From the IMG/VR virus record IMGVR_UViG_3300024346_003797, positions 1 through 64,000 of that record: DNA of 64,000 bases; one strand, given 5' to 3'. Under the pieces are notes generated by a model. The model saw nothing but the letters and a program-made list of their open reading frames with translations, was not told the origin of the DNA and made no database searches. The stretch comes from a virus. A program made the position numbers and the translations under genes. Below, piece by piece: positions 26,182-41,100 of this stretch; the stretch's first letter is position 1, and each line of letters starts with the position of its first letter.

Positions 26182-29100
26182 ATGGCAACAAGAATTAGAA
26201 CACTGAATTTTCTACCTGAAATATTTAAAACAACTACAAATAGTCAATTTTTAAATGCGACATTAGATCAGATTGTAGATCAACCTAATGTTAAAAGAAT
26301 TGAAGGTTACATAGGTAGCAGGTTTGGTTATGGTGTCAATGCAAAGAACTATTATGTCACTGAACCTACTAAAACTAGAACAGATTATCAACTAGATCCC
26401 GGAGTAGTATTTCTTAAGAAAGATACAAATACCGCACAAGATTTTATTAGTTATCCGGGCATCATCGATGGATTAGAGTTGGAAGGTGCGGTAGTTAATA
26501 ATAATAATAGGCTATTTACTAGTCAGTTCTATTCTTGGGATAGCTTTACTGACTTAGATAAGATTATTAACTTTAATCAATATTATTGGATTCCAGAAGG
26601 ACCAGATGCAGTAACAGTTAGTACAGAAACAGTTTATAACGCTACTGATTACATTGTAACAAGTACATCAAATGGATATTTAATTACAGCAGACGGCGCA
26701 TCTCAAGGTTCTATCAACCCGTCTATCACATTATTACGTGGTGGCACTTACCGCTTTAGCGTAAATCAAAATAGTCAGTTTTGGATTCAAGGTATGCCTG
26801 GAGTTACTGGGTATGATCCAGCACAACCGAACGTACAAACACGTGATGTACTAGGTGTAGATAATAATGGAACAGAAGTTGGTGTAGTAACATTCACCGT
26901 ACCATTCAAAAACGCACAAGATGAATATAACTTTCCTGGCAATAACCGTGTTGATGTAGTATCAACACTTGCGTTTGATGACGTTAATGGGGTACTAGTT
27001 AGTAGTTTAACTAATGGTATTGATGGCATTACCTCGTTAGAAGGCTTAACATTAATGTTCTATAATACAGGTAGCCCATCTGTTATAGAAGCCGGATCAT
27101 TTATAGTTGGTAATACTTATAAAATAAATACCATTGGCACTACTGATTTTACCTTAATTGGAGCAACATCAAATACAGTAGGGGTCTCATTCATTGCAAC
27201 TGGTATAGGTACTGGCAATGGAAGTGCAAACTCACTAACTGGTTATGTATCAAAGTTTTATGATACTACACCGTTTGATGAAGACGGCGGATCTAGTTAT
27301 ACCCCTCCTGGTGACAGTTTGAATTTTGCAAACTTTGAAGGTGGATACTATACAGATATTGCATCAACATTTTATACTGTTACATATGAAGGTGACCCAT
27401 CCGATCCTGTTATTAGACTAGTTGAAGCTGGTACTATACCAGTAGAAGAAAGAATTACTGCAAACTATGGTCAAGAGTTTATTGGAAGAAGTTTTTATCT
27501 AAACACAAGTGACACTATAATATTAATACCTTACCTAAGTGCTATTTTAGATACGTTGTATTATCAAGACGGTACATCTGGTAATAAAGTAGGTCAAATT
27601 AGATTGATTGCTAGTAATACTACTAACCGTATTGACGTAGACACTGATATTATAGGTAAGAAAAACTATACTTCACCCAACGGCGTAGTATTTACTAATG
27701 GATTAAAAGTTATTTTTTCCGGTGAAATCTATCCCACTAGTTATGAAAACATTAGATATTATGTTGAGGGAGTGGGTACTGCAATTCAACTAGTTCCGGT
27801 TACAGATTTGGTAGCTCCGGAACCGTTCACCTCAGGCACATACATTCCGTTTGACACTACACCATATGATATTGGAAACTTTGATAGCAATTTATATGTT
27901 CCTGTAACTCCTGATTATATTACTATTGCTAGAAATAGTATTGATAAAAATCCATGGTCAAGAAGCAATCGATGGTTTCATATTGACGTAATTACAGCTA
28001 CTGCAACGTACAATAGTAATCCAGGATTAGTTACGTTATATGCTACTGCAAATAATAAAGCTAAACGTCCGGTCATTGAATTTTATCCTAATCTAAGATT
28101 ATTTGATGCAGGAGTTGTTGGCAAGGCACCTATTGACTTTATAGACTTTAGAACCACTGATGCATTAAATCAAGTAGCCGCACAAGAAAACTATTATCCT
28201 GATGTGGAAGTTTATACTACATATACTGGAACTATCAATGGAGTTACAGGTACAAGTACAACCGTAACTATACTTGCAAATAACGTCACTGGCGCATTTC
28301 AAGTTGGTCAGTATATTAATGACAGTACAAATATTCTTCCTAGAAATAGTCAAATAACTAATATTTCTGGAACTACAACTCTTACATTAACGGTAGAGTG
28401 GCTAGGTAGTCAAACAATAGGATCAACATCAGTCGCATCATTAATTGCCAATGATAATCAAAATGATGAGTATGCATTGTTTGATGGGGCACGTGTAGTT
28501 TTTGCTGCCGATAATAATCAAGATGTTAAAAATAAAATATATGTTTCTAGATTTTCTACATTAACAGAAGGTGGTACTCCAGTAATCACCTTGACTGAAG
28601 CTGAAGATGGTTTAGTATTACCTGATGAACAAACAGTTGCATTTAGAGGTTTCAATTATCAAGGTATGGATTTTTACTTTGACGGTATTGATTGGATAGA
28701 AGGTCAACAAAAAACTACCGTAAATCAACCACCATTGTTTGACATATTTGATGAGAACAATATAAGTTTTGGTAACAGTGATGTATATGTAGGTACATCA
28801 TTCACTGGTAATAAATTATTTGCGTATGGACTAGGCATAGGTTCTGATGATCCTGTATTAGGTTTCCCATTGCAATACAGTTCTATTGACAATGTGGGAG
28901 ATATTAGTTTTGATGTTTCATTAAACTCTGCAACATTTAACTATGTTAGTGGTACAACTCCTATTACACAAAAAGTTAACACGGGATACGTATATAATTA
29001 TACAGATTTAATCACATCAATACGTCAATTAGGCTGGCAAACTGCAATTGCACCTAGTGTGCAATATCAAATATTTGAGTTTGATTATTTTGCAAGTAAC

Positions 29101-32100
29101 CCAACTAGCACATTCACATGTGATATTGCTAAACTAGCAGATAGTGACAGTGCATGGCCTACAATACAAGTTTTTGTAAATAACCAAATACAAGATACTA
29201 GCAATTATACAGTAACTACAACTTCTTCACAAACTATTGTGACGTTGGCTGTACCTAATCCATTAATAGATACAGTAGTTGAAATCTCAGTATTAAGTGA
29301 CCAAGTAAGCGAAACTGCATATTACGGTATACCTATTAATTTAAATAACAACCCATTAAATGCCGACGTTACAAATGTTAACGTTGGTGATATACGTGGA
29401 CAATATCAAAGTAGTTTCTACAATAATCCTAACACAACCGGCGAAGTATTTGGACCAAACAACTATCGTGATTTAGGAAACATGGTTCCATATGGTAATA
29501 GAATTATCCAAAACAGCGCAAGCTTAGTATTACCGGGCGCATTCTTACGCAAACAGAACCATAACTTATTCAATGCATTACTATATAATAGCAGAGAGTA
29601 TATTACATTTAAGACGTTATTAGTAGACACAGTTAATAACACAGAATACAATGTTTATACTTCACCATCTACAATGTTAGATGATGCACTAGACCAGATA
29701 ACTAAATCAAAATCCGATAGTAATAGTTTCTTTTGGAGTGATATGTTGCCAAGTAAGGCAGCATACATTACCAATACATATAGTTTTGCAAATGCATTAG
29801 ATGTAAGTATATATCCATTAAGTAAGGTGTATAATTTTGATACTGCTAATTATAACGGCGTGTTAGTATATTTGACTACATCCGCTGGTATAACTTCTCA
29901 GTTAATTCGTAATGTTGATTATACAGTAAGCAGTACTAGTCCATCATTGACAGTAACACTAGATTTGGCTCCTGGTGATCAAATTACCATTAAGGAATAT
30001 AATCAAACTTATGGTTCATATGTTCCAAACACTCCTACTAAGTTGGGATTATATCCAGCAACAATACCAGCAGTAGTATTAGATATTAATTATAATCAAC
30101 CTACATATTTTATTGTAGGGCATGATGGTTCATATAATAAATTATATGGGGATTACATTGATGGTAGATTAATTGATTTTAGAGACCAAGTGTTATTAGA
30201 ATATGAAACACGTGTATATAATAACTTAAAACTAAGCAACGTTATACCTATTCAGGCATATGAAGTTATGCCCGGCTTCTTTAGAGATACCGATTATAGT
30301 TATGATGAGATACTAGAAATATATTCTAGTAGCTTTTTAAACTGGGTAGGACAAAATAGAATCAACTACAAAAAACAGTTTTATAATACCAATAATGAAT
30401 ATACCTATAACTATAACGTAAGTGGTAATAAAATAAACAGAGAAGTTATACCTCAAGGATATTGGAGAGGTATATATGAATATTTCTATGACACTAGCAA
30501 TCCGGATACTTATCCATGGGAAATGCTTGGCTTCACCGATCAGCCTACATGGTGGCAAACACGTTACGGACCTGCACCATATACAAGTGATAACTTAGTA
30601 TTATGGAATGATTTAGCACAGGGTATCGATTGGAATAACGGCAACCCTGTTGTTATACCAAAAGCAGTTCGCCCACAATTATTACAAGTATTGCCAGTAG
30701 ATAGCGCAGGTAATTTAGTATCACCATTCGTATCTATTGTAGGTAATTACAGCAACACATCATTTAACCGTGATTGGAAAGTTGGTGATGTGGGTCCAGC
30801 AGAATTCTCATATCGCAGAAGTAGTAGCTGGCCTTTTGACTTAATGCGTATATTAGCATTGACTAAGCCTGCTGAGTTTTTTAATTTAGGGGTTGATGTT
30901 GACAATTACAAATACAATGAAGAATTTAATCAATACTTGGTTAATAATCGCAGTCACCTAGTCATCAGTGATGTAGAAATATACGGCAATGGAATTGCTA
31001 AAACAAGTTATATCAACTGGGTAGTTGACTTTGAGAAACAAGTTGGTATAGATGCAACAACAAATATTACAGAATTATTAGATAATATTGACGTTAGGTT
31101 AGTATATCGTGTAGCAGGATTTAGTGATAAAAACTTATTAAAATTCTATGTTGAAAAATCTACAGCAAATAGCAATAACAGTAGTTTATTAATTCCCGAT
31201 GAAAGCTATCAGGTACTGCTATATGATAACCAACCCTTTGACCGTATTACGTACAGCGGGGTAGTAATTCAATTAACAGATCAGGGCTACTATAAGGTAT
31301 ATGGCAATAGTCAAACTAATGCATACTTTAATGTATTGCTACCTAAAATTAATGGTAGATATGAAAGAGTATCTGTTCAAGGCTTAAGCGTTCAACTAGC
31401 CACAGACTATTACTCTAATCCTACATTGGTTGCGTATGGCACAGAATTTTATAACGTACAAGAAGTAGCACAATTCCTAGAGAGTTATGGTAGATACTTA
31501 GCAAGTCAGGGTGTGTTGTTTGACCAAATAGAATCTGGATTAGAAGTAAGCTGGAGACAAATGGTTGCTGAATATTTATATTGGGCACAAACTGGTTGGG
31601 AATCAGGCAGTATTGTTAATATAAATCCTGCGGCATCATTCCTCTCTATCAATAAAGATAGTTATATTGTACAACCATTGACGTTACAACAACAAAACTT
31701 TGTGTTAAATCAAAACTTATATCCAATACAAAGCACTGATTTAAGTATTGTACGTGATGGTACATTATTCTCTGCACAACCACTAAATCAAGGTGATACT
31801 ATTGCGTATGGTCAATTTAATATTAGTAACTTTGAACATGGCATTGTCTTTGACAACGTTACATTATTTGACGATGTGATTTACAACCTAACAACTGGCT
31901 TACGACAAAATCGTATTAACGTTCGTGGCACAAAAACTGCTGACTGGAATGGTACAGTTGATGCTCAAGGTTTTATTCTTAATCAAGACAACATACTTGA
32001 TTGGAGCAAAGAAGTTAAGTATACTACAGGATCAATCGTCAAATACAAGAACAAATACTGGATTGCTATTACCATCATTCAAGCAAAAGCTGTATTTGAT

Positions 32101-35100
32101 GAACGTGAATGGAAAGAAACAGATTATAACGAAATACAAAAAGGCTTATTACCTAACACCAGTACACGTTCATATGAATCTACATTGTACTATGATGTAA
32201 ATCGTGCTAACTTAGAAAATGATGCTGACTTGTTAAGCTTTAGTTTGATTGGCTATCGCCCACGTAATTATTTGGCTCTTGCTGATTTAACAGATATTAC
32301 ACAGATTAATGTCTATAAAAACTTTATTAAGAATAAAGGAACAATGAATGCAGTTAGTGCATTTAAGGGAGCTAATTTACCACAAGGTGGTATTGATTAT
32401 GATGTGTATGAAAACTGGGCTATTAAATCAGGTGAGTTTGGTGGTGTATTAAATAGCAACTTCATTGACTTCAAGCTTAATGAAACATTATTAACAGGTA
32501 ATCCAAGTATTGTTGGATTAACAAATGGTGTATCAACTGATGGTGTACAACAAGAAGTACCTTTATATAGTATATATAACTATGGTAGACCAATAAATTC
32601 TACTACTGTTCTACCCACATTACCAACTGATACCCCTTCAACACTGTTCCCTTATGCAGGTTATGCTAATTTTAATGATATGCGTATTGCCGCATATTAT
32701 TATTTTAACTTAGCAAATAGTACATCTCCTAGTGGAGAGGTAGTACCTTTAGCAAGACTATACGTGGGTCAATATGTTTGGATAGCCGATTACCAAGGTA
32801 CATGGCAAGTAATGACACCTATAAGTTTAGGTGCAATCATATTTGCTAAAAACAATTTGAACGGTACTGCAACAATTACATTCAGTACACCTCATGGACT
32901 GACAAAATATCAGCCTTTTGCAATAGTTAATTTTAATGATAGTTTAAATGGTTATTACGTTGCTACAACTATAGTTGATCCAAACAATATTATTGTTAAT
33001 GTCACATTAGATCCTGCCATCACTACTATAACTGGTCAAGGCGTAGGATTTAGATTCCAATCGCAACGTGTAGATAACCCTAGTGATATTATTAATTTAC
33101 CATTACTGAATAATGAATTTGTTAAAAATAAGGTATGGGTAGATACTAATACTGACGGAAGTTGGGCAGTATATCGTAAATCTATTAATTATGCATATGA
33201 TTCCGAACTAGTTAAAGACGGATCAGAAACATTTGGTAGTGCAGTCGCATATACTGATAGTTTGGGTTATTTAGTTGGGGATGCAGATGCAGGTGTTGTG
33301 TATCGTTATAGCTTTAATGACTTATTCAACCAATATTTGTTAACTCAAACATTAACACAAACATCTTCATTTGGAACAACAATTGCATATGCAGATGATA
33401 TATTTGTAATATCTCAACCTACAGGTGCAAGCACAGTTTACATTTACCAACTAGTTGTTAACACTACAGTAGATGCTTTACAATCATTTCAAACAGCAAT
33501 AACAGCACCAGGTGGTGTTACTGAATGGGGAAGAGCAATTGCAATTTCAGGTGATAAGAACTGGTTATATATTTCTGCAGTAACATCGTCAGCTAGTTTA
33601 GTTTATGTATATCAACTATCTGCCGTAACAGATGAATATGAGTTATCTACTACAATCGATTTTGGATTACCTAATACTGATAATTTTGGCTATTCGTTAG
33701 CTACTGATTATTATGGCGATACTATAATAATTGGTGCACCTACAAAACAATATGATAGCAGTACCAGTAACTGGGGCTATACATATGTTTATGATAGAAC
33801 AGTACAAAATGATGAAGCACAATATACTAGTTTACCTGACGTTCCTCAAACATTCGCAATGGCTTGGACACCGTCGACTACAACTATTACAGCAACTGCA
33901 AGTGATGCAGGTACAGATCGTTTTACATGTGCAGATAGCTCATCGTTGGTAGTAGGTAGTCCAATCGTATTTACCGGTACTGTATATGGTGGTGTTTCTT
34001 TAAATACTGTATATTACATATTAGCTAAACCAACAGGCACTACATTTACTATATCGACCGAGCGTAGTGGAACTATATTACCATTAAGTACTGATACCGG
34101 GTCTATGTCTGTTGTACAACAAAATGATAGTTTATTAGTAAATGTTAACGGAACACTAATAACAGACAATAATTATAGTATAATAGGTTCTACCTTTAAT
34201 GTGTACAGTTCATTAAATGCAGGTGATATTGTTACTATAAGTGGTAACAACTTTGTATTAGCTCAAACGTTAACTACCGAGACTACTCCTAGAATTGGAG
34301 TACAGTTTGGTACTAGCATTGACACAACTACATATGCAACTGAAATACTAGTTGGTGCACCCTTTGAGATTAACAGTCAAAACCAAGAAGGTGCAGTATA
34401 TCGTTATACCAATGGTGGTAGCAAATATGGTATGGTAATCGGTACCAGTAATTGTGCAATCACTACAAGTAGAACTATATTAATTAATGGCTATATGGTT
34501 GTGTTACCTGCTGGTAATGCAACTACATCTGCTACTGCTATTAATCAATCAAATATAACTAATGTTTATGCTACTGCATTAGATGGTAAATTGATTATCA
34601 GTTTAATAGATAATGCATTGGCATTAGTTAATGATAAACTTAATATTACCTCATTAGCAACTGCTACATGGGCAGAGTTAGGATTTAACCAATATACTCA
34701 AACTCAAGTTATTAACGATCCGCATGTTCAAGGTACTACTCAGTTTGGTAATGTAGTTAAGTTTAATGAGTTTGACTCATTTATTGTTAGTGCACCTACT
34801 GCTACACGTTATGAAGCAACTACGTTTGATGCATCGGATGATGACAACTATGACAATGACACATTATTTGACAATAATGCCACTCAGTGGGTAGACACAT
34901 ATAGAAATGCCGGAGCAGTTTATATGTTTGATTATTTAGGTGTATATAATGAAACATTAGCTAACTGTGGTAACTTTGTATATGCTCAGAGTGTAAACGA
35001 CATTAATGAAACATTTGGTAGTCAACCCATGTATGGTCATGCATTAGAGTTTAATGCATCGCAAGTGGTTATAGGTACACCAGACTTTAAACCGGACACT

Positions 35101-38100
35101 GTTGCAGGACAAATTGTAACTTATACTAATGCTACCGGTGCTACTGATTGGAGTGTATATAGAAGCTCAAGTCCAGTTGTTGACATTGACAGAATACAAA
35201 ATATTCAGTTATACAGTGCGTTGACTAATAACACATTAGATAATTTAGATTATATCGATCCATTACAAGGAAAAATATTAGGGTCAGTAAGACAAAACAT
35301 TGATGTTGTATCTAATGCAGACCCTGCAGGTTATAACTCACCTAACAAACCATTAGGAACAATAGTTTGGGGTGCCGCACAAGTTGGTCAATTGTGGTTC
35401 AATACAAGTACAACTCGTTTTGTAAATTATCATCAAAATGACGTAGTATATGATAGTAAATGGTGGGGGCAAGTATTCCCAGGCAGTGATGTTACAGTGT
35501 ATAGTTGGATAACAAGTAATGTTCCTCCTGCTCTGTATACAGGGCCTGGTACAGCATATGATATTGATTCATATGCTATAGAATATATGTTAAATTCTAC
35601 TGGTGTATTGACGCCGGTATATTTCTATTGGGTACGTAATACCAATATTGTGTTCACTAAAACTGGAAAAACACTATCAGACAGTATTATACAGATGTAC
35701 ATCACTTCGCCTATAAACTCTGGTATAAGTTATTTCGCTCCTTTAGAACAAGGCATTTATGCTTTGTATAACTGTGGAGAAAACATCAACGGAACTGATA
35801 CAGTATTACATATTGGATATAGTACAGGCACAAATGATGATACATCACACAGTGTATATAACTTAATACGCACTAACTATGCTGATGATTTCTTACCTGG
35901 ATTACCAGAAGTATCACATACTCATACTATAAATCATGGCACTAATAACACTACTACAGGAATTCCAGAATCATTGTATGATAGAATGTTAGATAGCTTG
36001 TGCGGAGTAGATGAATCCGGTGGTGTTGTCCCCGATCCATATTTACCTAAACCAGTACAGTCTGGTATATATGCTAGACCAAGACAAAGCTTCTTTGTTA
36101 ATAGATTCCTTGCATTGAAAAACTATTTGACTTATGCTAACGAAGTGTTAGCACAATATCCTATAACTGAAACAAGAAACGCTAGCTTTTTAAATGCAAA
36201 AAATCCAACTATAATAGAAACTATTGTTGCTGGCAATTGTCAAGCTAATACAATATATACTATTGTAACTGTAGGTGATGTTGATTGGACTAGTATAGGT
36301 GCATCAAGTAATACAGTGGGAGTTACATTTACTGCTACTGGACCTGCTACCGGTTCTAGTAGAAATACAGGTACTGCATCGTTCTTAGCATTTACAGAAG
36401 GCGCCAAGTATAATACACCTGACTATTGGAGTTATATAAATTGGTGGGCAACCGGATATGACAATAATACAAAATCAGCGTTACAAGTTCCTATCTATGC
36501 AGACTTGGCTACAGTTGATGCAAGTCCCGGTTTAATAGTTACAGTTACTGCAAACGGTGACGGTAAATCAGAAACCTATGTTTATACTAATTTAGGTATA
36601 TGGGAACGTATTGGCTTACAAGATGGTACAATTGCATTTGACTCAAGCTTATGGGATTATAAAACAGCACGTTTAGGATTTGGTGATAACTTCTTTGACA
36701 CAACTCCTTATGATTTGTACCCTTCGCAAGAAACACGCAACATTACACGTGCATTAAATGAAGAAATCTATACTAACGAATTATTGATTTTTAGAAACAA
36801 GAGCTTGATTTTATTATTTGAGTATATTCAAAGTGAAACAATCGAGTCACAAAATTATTTGCCATGGTTAAATAAAACGTCATTTATTGATGTAGCACAC
36901 ACCATTCGTGACTTACGACCAATTGAAGTATATCAATCAGATAACCAAGATTTCTTGTCAGGATATATTAACGAAGTAAAACCATACCATGTAGTTATCA
37001 AAGAGTTCTTGTTTAAATATACAGGCACAGATGTATATGCAGGTATTATTACTGATTTTGATTTACCAGCACAATATAATACGTCAGTAGAGCAGTTTAT
37101 TACTCCTGAGTTAGTTTATGCTAACCCAAGTTCAGCTAATCAATATTTACCTACAGATCCTATATGGCAAACAGCTCCGTATAGTGAATGGTTTAATAAC
37201 TATGGATTAAGTATTACTGGTGTAAACAACTATCAAATCACAGTATTAGCATCATATATTTCACTAAACGCTGGTTCGTTTGCAGTAGATAATGCATACG
37301 GTTTCCCAATTAACGGCACTATACTTATTGGTGATGAGTTGATAGGATACTCAAGCGTAGATAGGTCAAATAATACATTAACTGGGTTAACAAGAGGGGT
37401 AGACGGAACACCAATCACAGCACATATACCCGGTGAAATTATTTCAATGGATTTACCTGCAGTATTGTTATTAGACGGTGGGCGTGGCTACACTGAACCA
37501 CCTAGAATAACCGCATATATTGACACTACGATATATCCTGAACCAAGACGCCCTGCAGTACTACAAGCAGTAATGAGTTTGGACTCAATATTAAGTGTGA
37601 ATGTAATTGATCCGGGCGATGGTTATGCAGTATTACCGCAAATCATTATAGATCCTTCTATCTTAATTCCTTTTACTGCAAATAATGTTGACACCTTAAC
37701 AAGTACAATAGCGTTACCCGCACCATTATTACAAACAGGCGATTTAGTAAAATATACAGTAGGTGCTAGTACTACCGCAGTTGGTGGATTAGATACTGAC
37801 CAGTATTACTATGTTGGAGTATTGGAATCAACTCCTACGTTTAACATTGCATTATATACAACTTATAGAGATGCTGTTAACGATAGTGACCGTGTTATAT
37901 TGTTTGATGCCGGTACTGGAAACAATAACCTATTAAGTGTTAGTGCAAGAGCAAGCTGTATATCTACATCAATACCAATTCGTGAAAATATAATTACATT
38001 GCGATTTGATAGAACAACATATAATTCTCAAGTAACCGATTGGCAAGGTGGACAATTCTATGGTAGTTTCTATGCTGGATTGTTTAATAATAGTGAAAGA

Positions 38101-41100
38101 ATATCTAGTTCTAGTATTGGGTTACAATCAACACAACCACCAATTGATACAATTTTAGCAAGTGCTCAAGGTGCAGTGTTTGAAGTAGAAGGTGTTACGA
38201 ATGACCAAACACTAGTGTGGAGTTCACGTACACGTAATGTCACACAAACTGTTGCATCTACTGATATCATTACTATTGAACCATCAACAGGTGGTGCACC
38301 AGACGAAGGTTTTGTAGGACCAACAACTGGCTTCTATGTTGATATGCCAGTTAAATTCCAAGGCGCAGTTGGCGCAAGTAATATAGTTAACGGTACAACA
38401 TATTATATAAAATCTATAATTAATGAAACTGATTTTACTATATCTGCAACTGTAGGTGGTGGATTATTTGCATTAGGTAATGCGACTATCAGCACAGCCG
38501 GATTATTGATGTATATAGGTGAAGTTACAAATACTGCGGTAGTTACACTATTCTACCCTGGTATATTAACTGCAACAGCTACTACCGCTACTACTAATAC
38601 AATATCAGTGCCGACAGTTGGTACTAATAATTTAGGTGGCACTAGTGGATTCTATCCTAATTTACCAGTATTCTTTACAGGAAATGTGTTTGGCGGTGTG
38701 ATTGAAAATGAAACTTATTATGTAACAACTGTTATAAATGATGAGACATTTACAATGTCTACTAAAACTGACGCATTAACCATTAGTGTTAACTCAACTT
38801 CTGCAACAGGTAATGTTATCAACTGCACAAGTAGTGTTGGACTTTCTATTAATGACCCTATCATCTTTACTGATATATCAGTGGTATCGGGTACAACAAA
38901 TATTGTTGCAGGAACAACTTATTATGTAAGTGCGATAACTTCTAACTCACAGTTTGTAATATCTAGTGTAGTTAACGGTGGACCATTTAATCCCGGTACT
39001 AGTACTAGTACGATGACAGGTGTGGATCAAAAGGATATTGTACAATTAACAACTACAACCGGATCAATGACATGTAACGTTGGTTTACCAGTAAGTCCAG
39101 GACAAGTTACCGGACAACAGTTTACGTTCTATCCAACATCAACTACAACTGAAACAGTTACTGGAACTAACGGTAATCTAGTTGTAAGAACAATAGATAA
39201 TGCGCTTGCAAATGGAGATTATTTAAGTGTTACTTCACTAAGCGGTGGATTAACTAATATGTATATTAATATGCCAATCACTGTTGCTAGCAACTACGGT
39301 GGTTTAATAGGTGGTACTACATATTACATAAACGAGTTAGGCATTGTACAAAATGATGTAATTGCTACTACTGCTGGTAACTTACTAACATGTACTAGCA
39401 CAGCAGGTTTCTATGATGAAATGCCAATTATATTCAGCGGTACTGCATTAGGCGGATTAGTATTAGATACACTATACTATGTTATTGGATCTTCTATTAC
39501 TAGTACGCAGTTTAAAATATCAGAAACTGCAGGAGGCAGTGAAGTTGATTTGACTAGCGATAGTGGTGCTACTATGACTGCAACTGGTCAACCATATATT
39601 AAGGTATCAGCTACTAAAGGTGGAGGTGTATTCGCATTAACCAATGCAACAACTACGGTAGTAATGACACAAGCACCCACAGCAGTACCTGAATTTGATG
39701 TAAGTTGGGTATTAGGTGGATATACAATAAGCATAAACGATCCAGGTGAAGGATACACACTAGATAATACTATTACTATTTTAGGTACTGATTTAGGTGG
39801 AACAACTCCAGCTAATGATTTGGTTATGACAGTTAATACTATTGACACTATAACTGCAAATCCAAATAATGAGTTCTTACCATTAGAATCTAATGGCTCT
39901 ATTGAGTCAGTTATTGGTTCAGGAACACCTAACGCTACTGTAACACAATATTACTTAAAGGTTATATCTGCGTCAGAGTGTGAAGTATATAGTGATCCTT
40001 TATTACAGATACCCGTAAGTGGAATAAACTTCCCTTATACTACCGGTGATTATACATTACTTCCAGAACCGTTCTACTTCAATCAAAGCATTGTAAAATA
40101 CAATAACAATGTATATCAATGTATTGTAAGTAACAATGATGATGAGTTTATATTTGGTAAATGGGAGTTGTTATTAAGTGATAGTAGAAAACTAAATGCG
40201 TTAGATAGAATTGTTGGTTATTATCAACCAACAGTAAATATGCCGGGATTAGATTTAACACAGTTAGTAGATGGAATTACATATCCAAATAGTACATATA
40301 TGGGTAATGCATTTGCCCCTAATGATGAATATACATTGGACACTATATTACAAGACCAACAGTTTAATCCAACAGCAGTTAATACTACTGCAGTAGTTTG
40401 GAATGGTACAAGATATATTGCTGCCGCAAACACACCTGACTATTCCGATATTATTACAAGTGATACAGGTAGTACATGGGATTTTAATCAAATATCATCA
40501 CAACCGATAGGATTGTCTGACATAACTTATTCTGGTACAAAATATGTAATCAGTTCTACTAATATAGCAACTCCTATATTAATAAGTGATGACGGAGATA
40601 CATGGACTACTACTGGATTGGCAGCTAATACTGTATCAGTTACTAGTACTAGTTTAAATAGCGTTACATATCTAAATGGTTTATATATGGCAGCCGGTGA
40701 TATTATTGTATCAAGTTCGGATGCATATACATGGACAGAAAGATATAGATTTACTAACTCTGTATTATATGGAATACAAGGAATTGATATCAATAACTTT
40801 ACTGGATTTATTGCGGTAGGTTATGGTCCTGACTATAGTGTTATCCCGACAATAACTCAATCGGTTGTATTACGAAGCGTTAATGGTACTGTATGGAATA
40901 ATGTAACTCCATCGGGTTCAGCAGAAACAATGTATGGAGTAACTAGTGGCAATAACATTATTGTTATAGTTGGCGACAATGGTACTATCTTTACTAGTGT
41001 GAATGGTAGTAATTGGGTTGATACAAGTACTGGTAGTGACAATTTAAGAGATGTGGTATATTCTGACAGCCTCGGACTATTTGTTGCAGTTGGACAATCA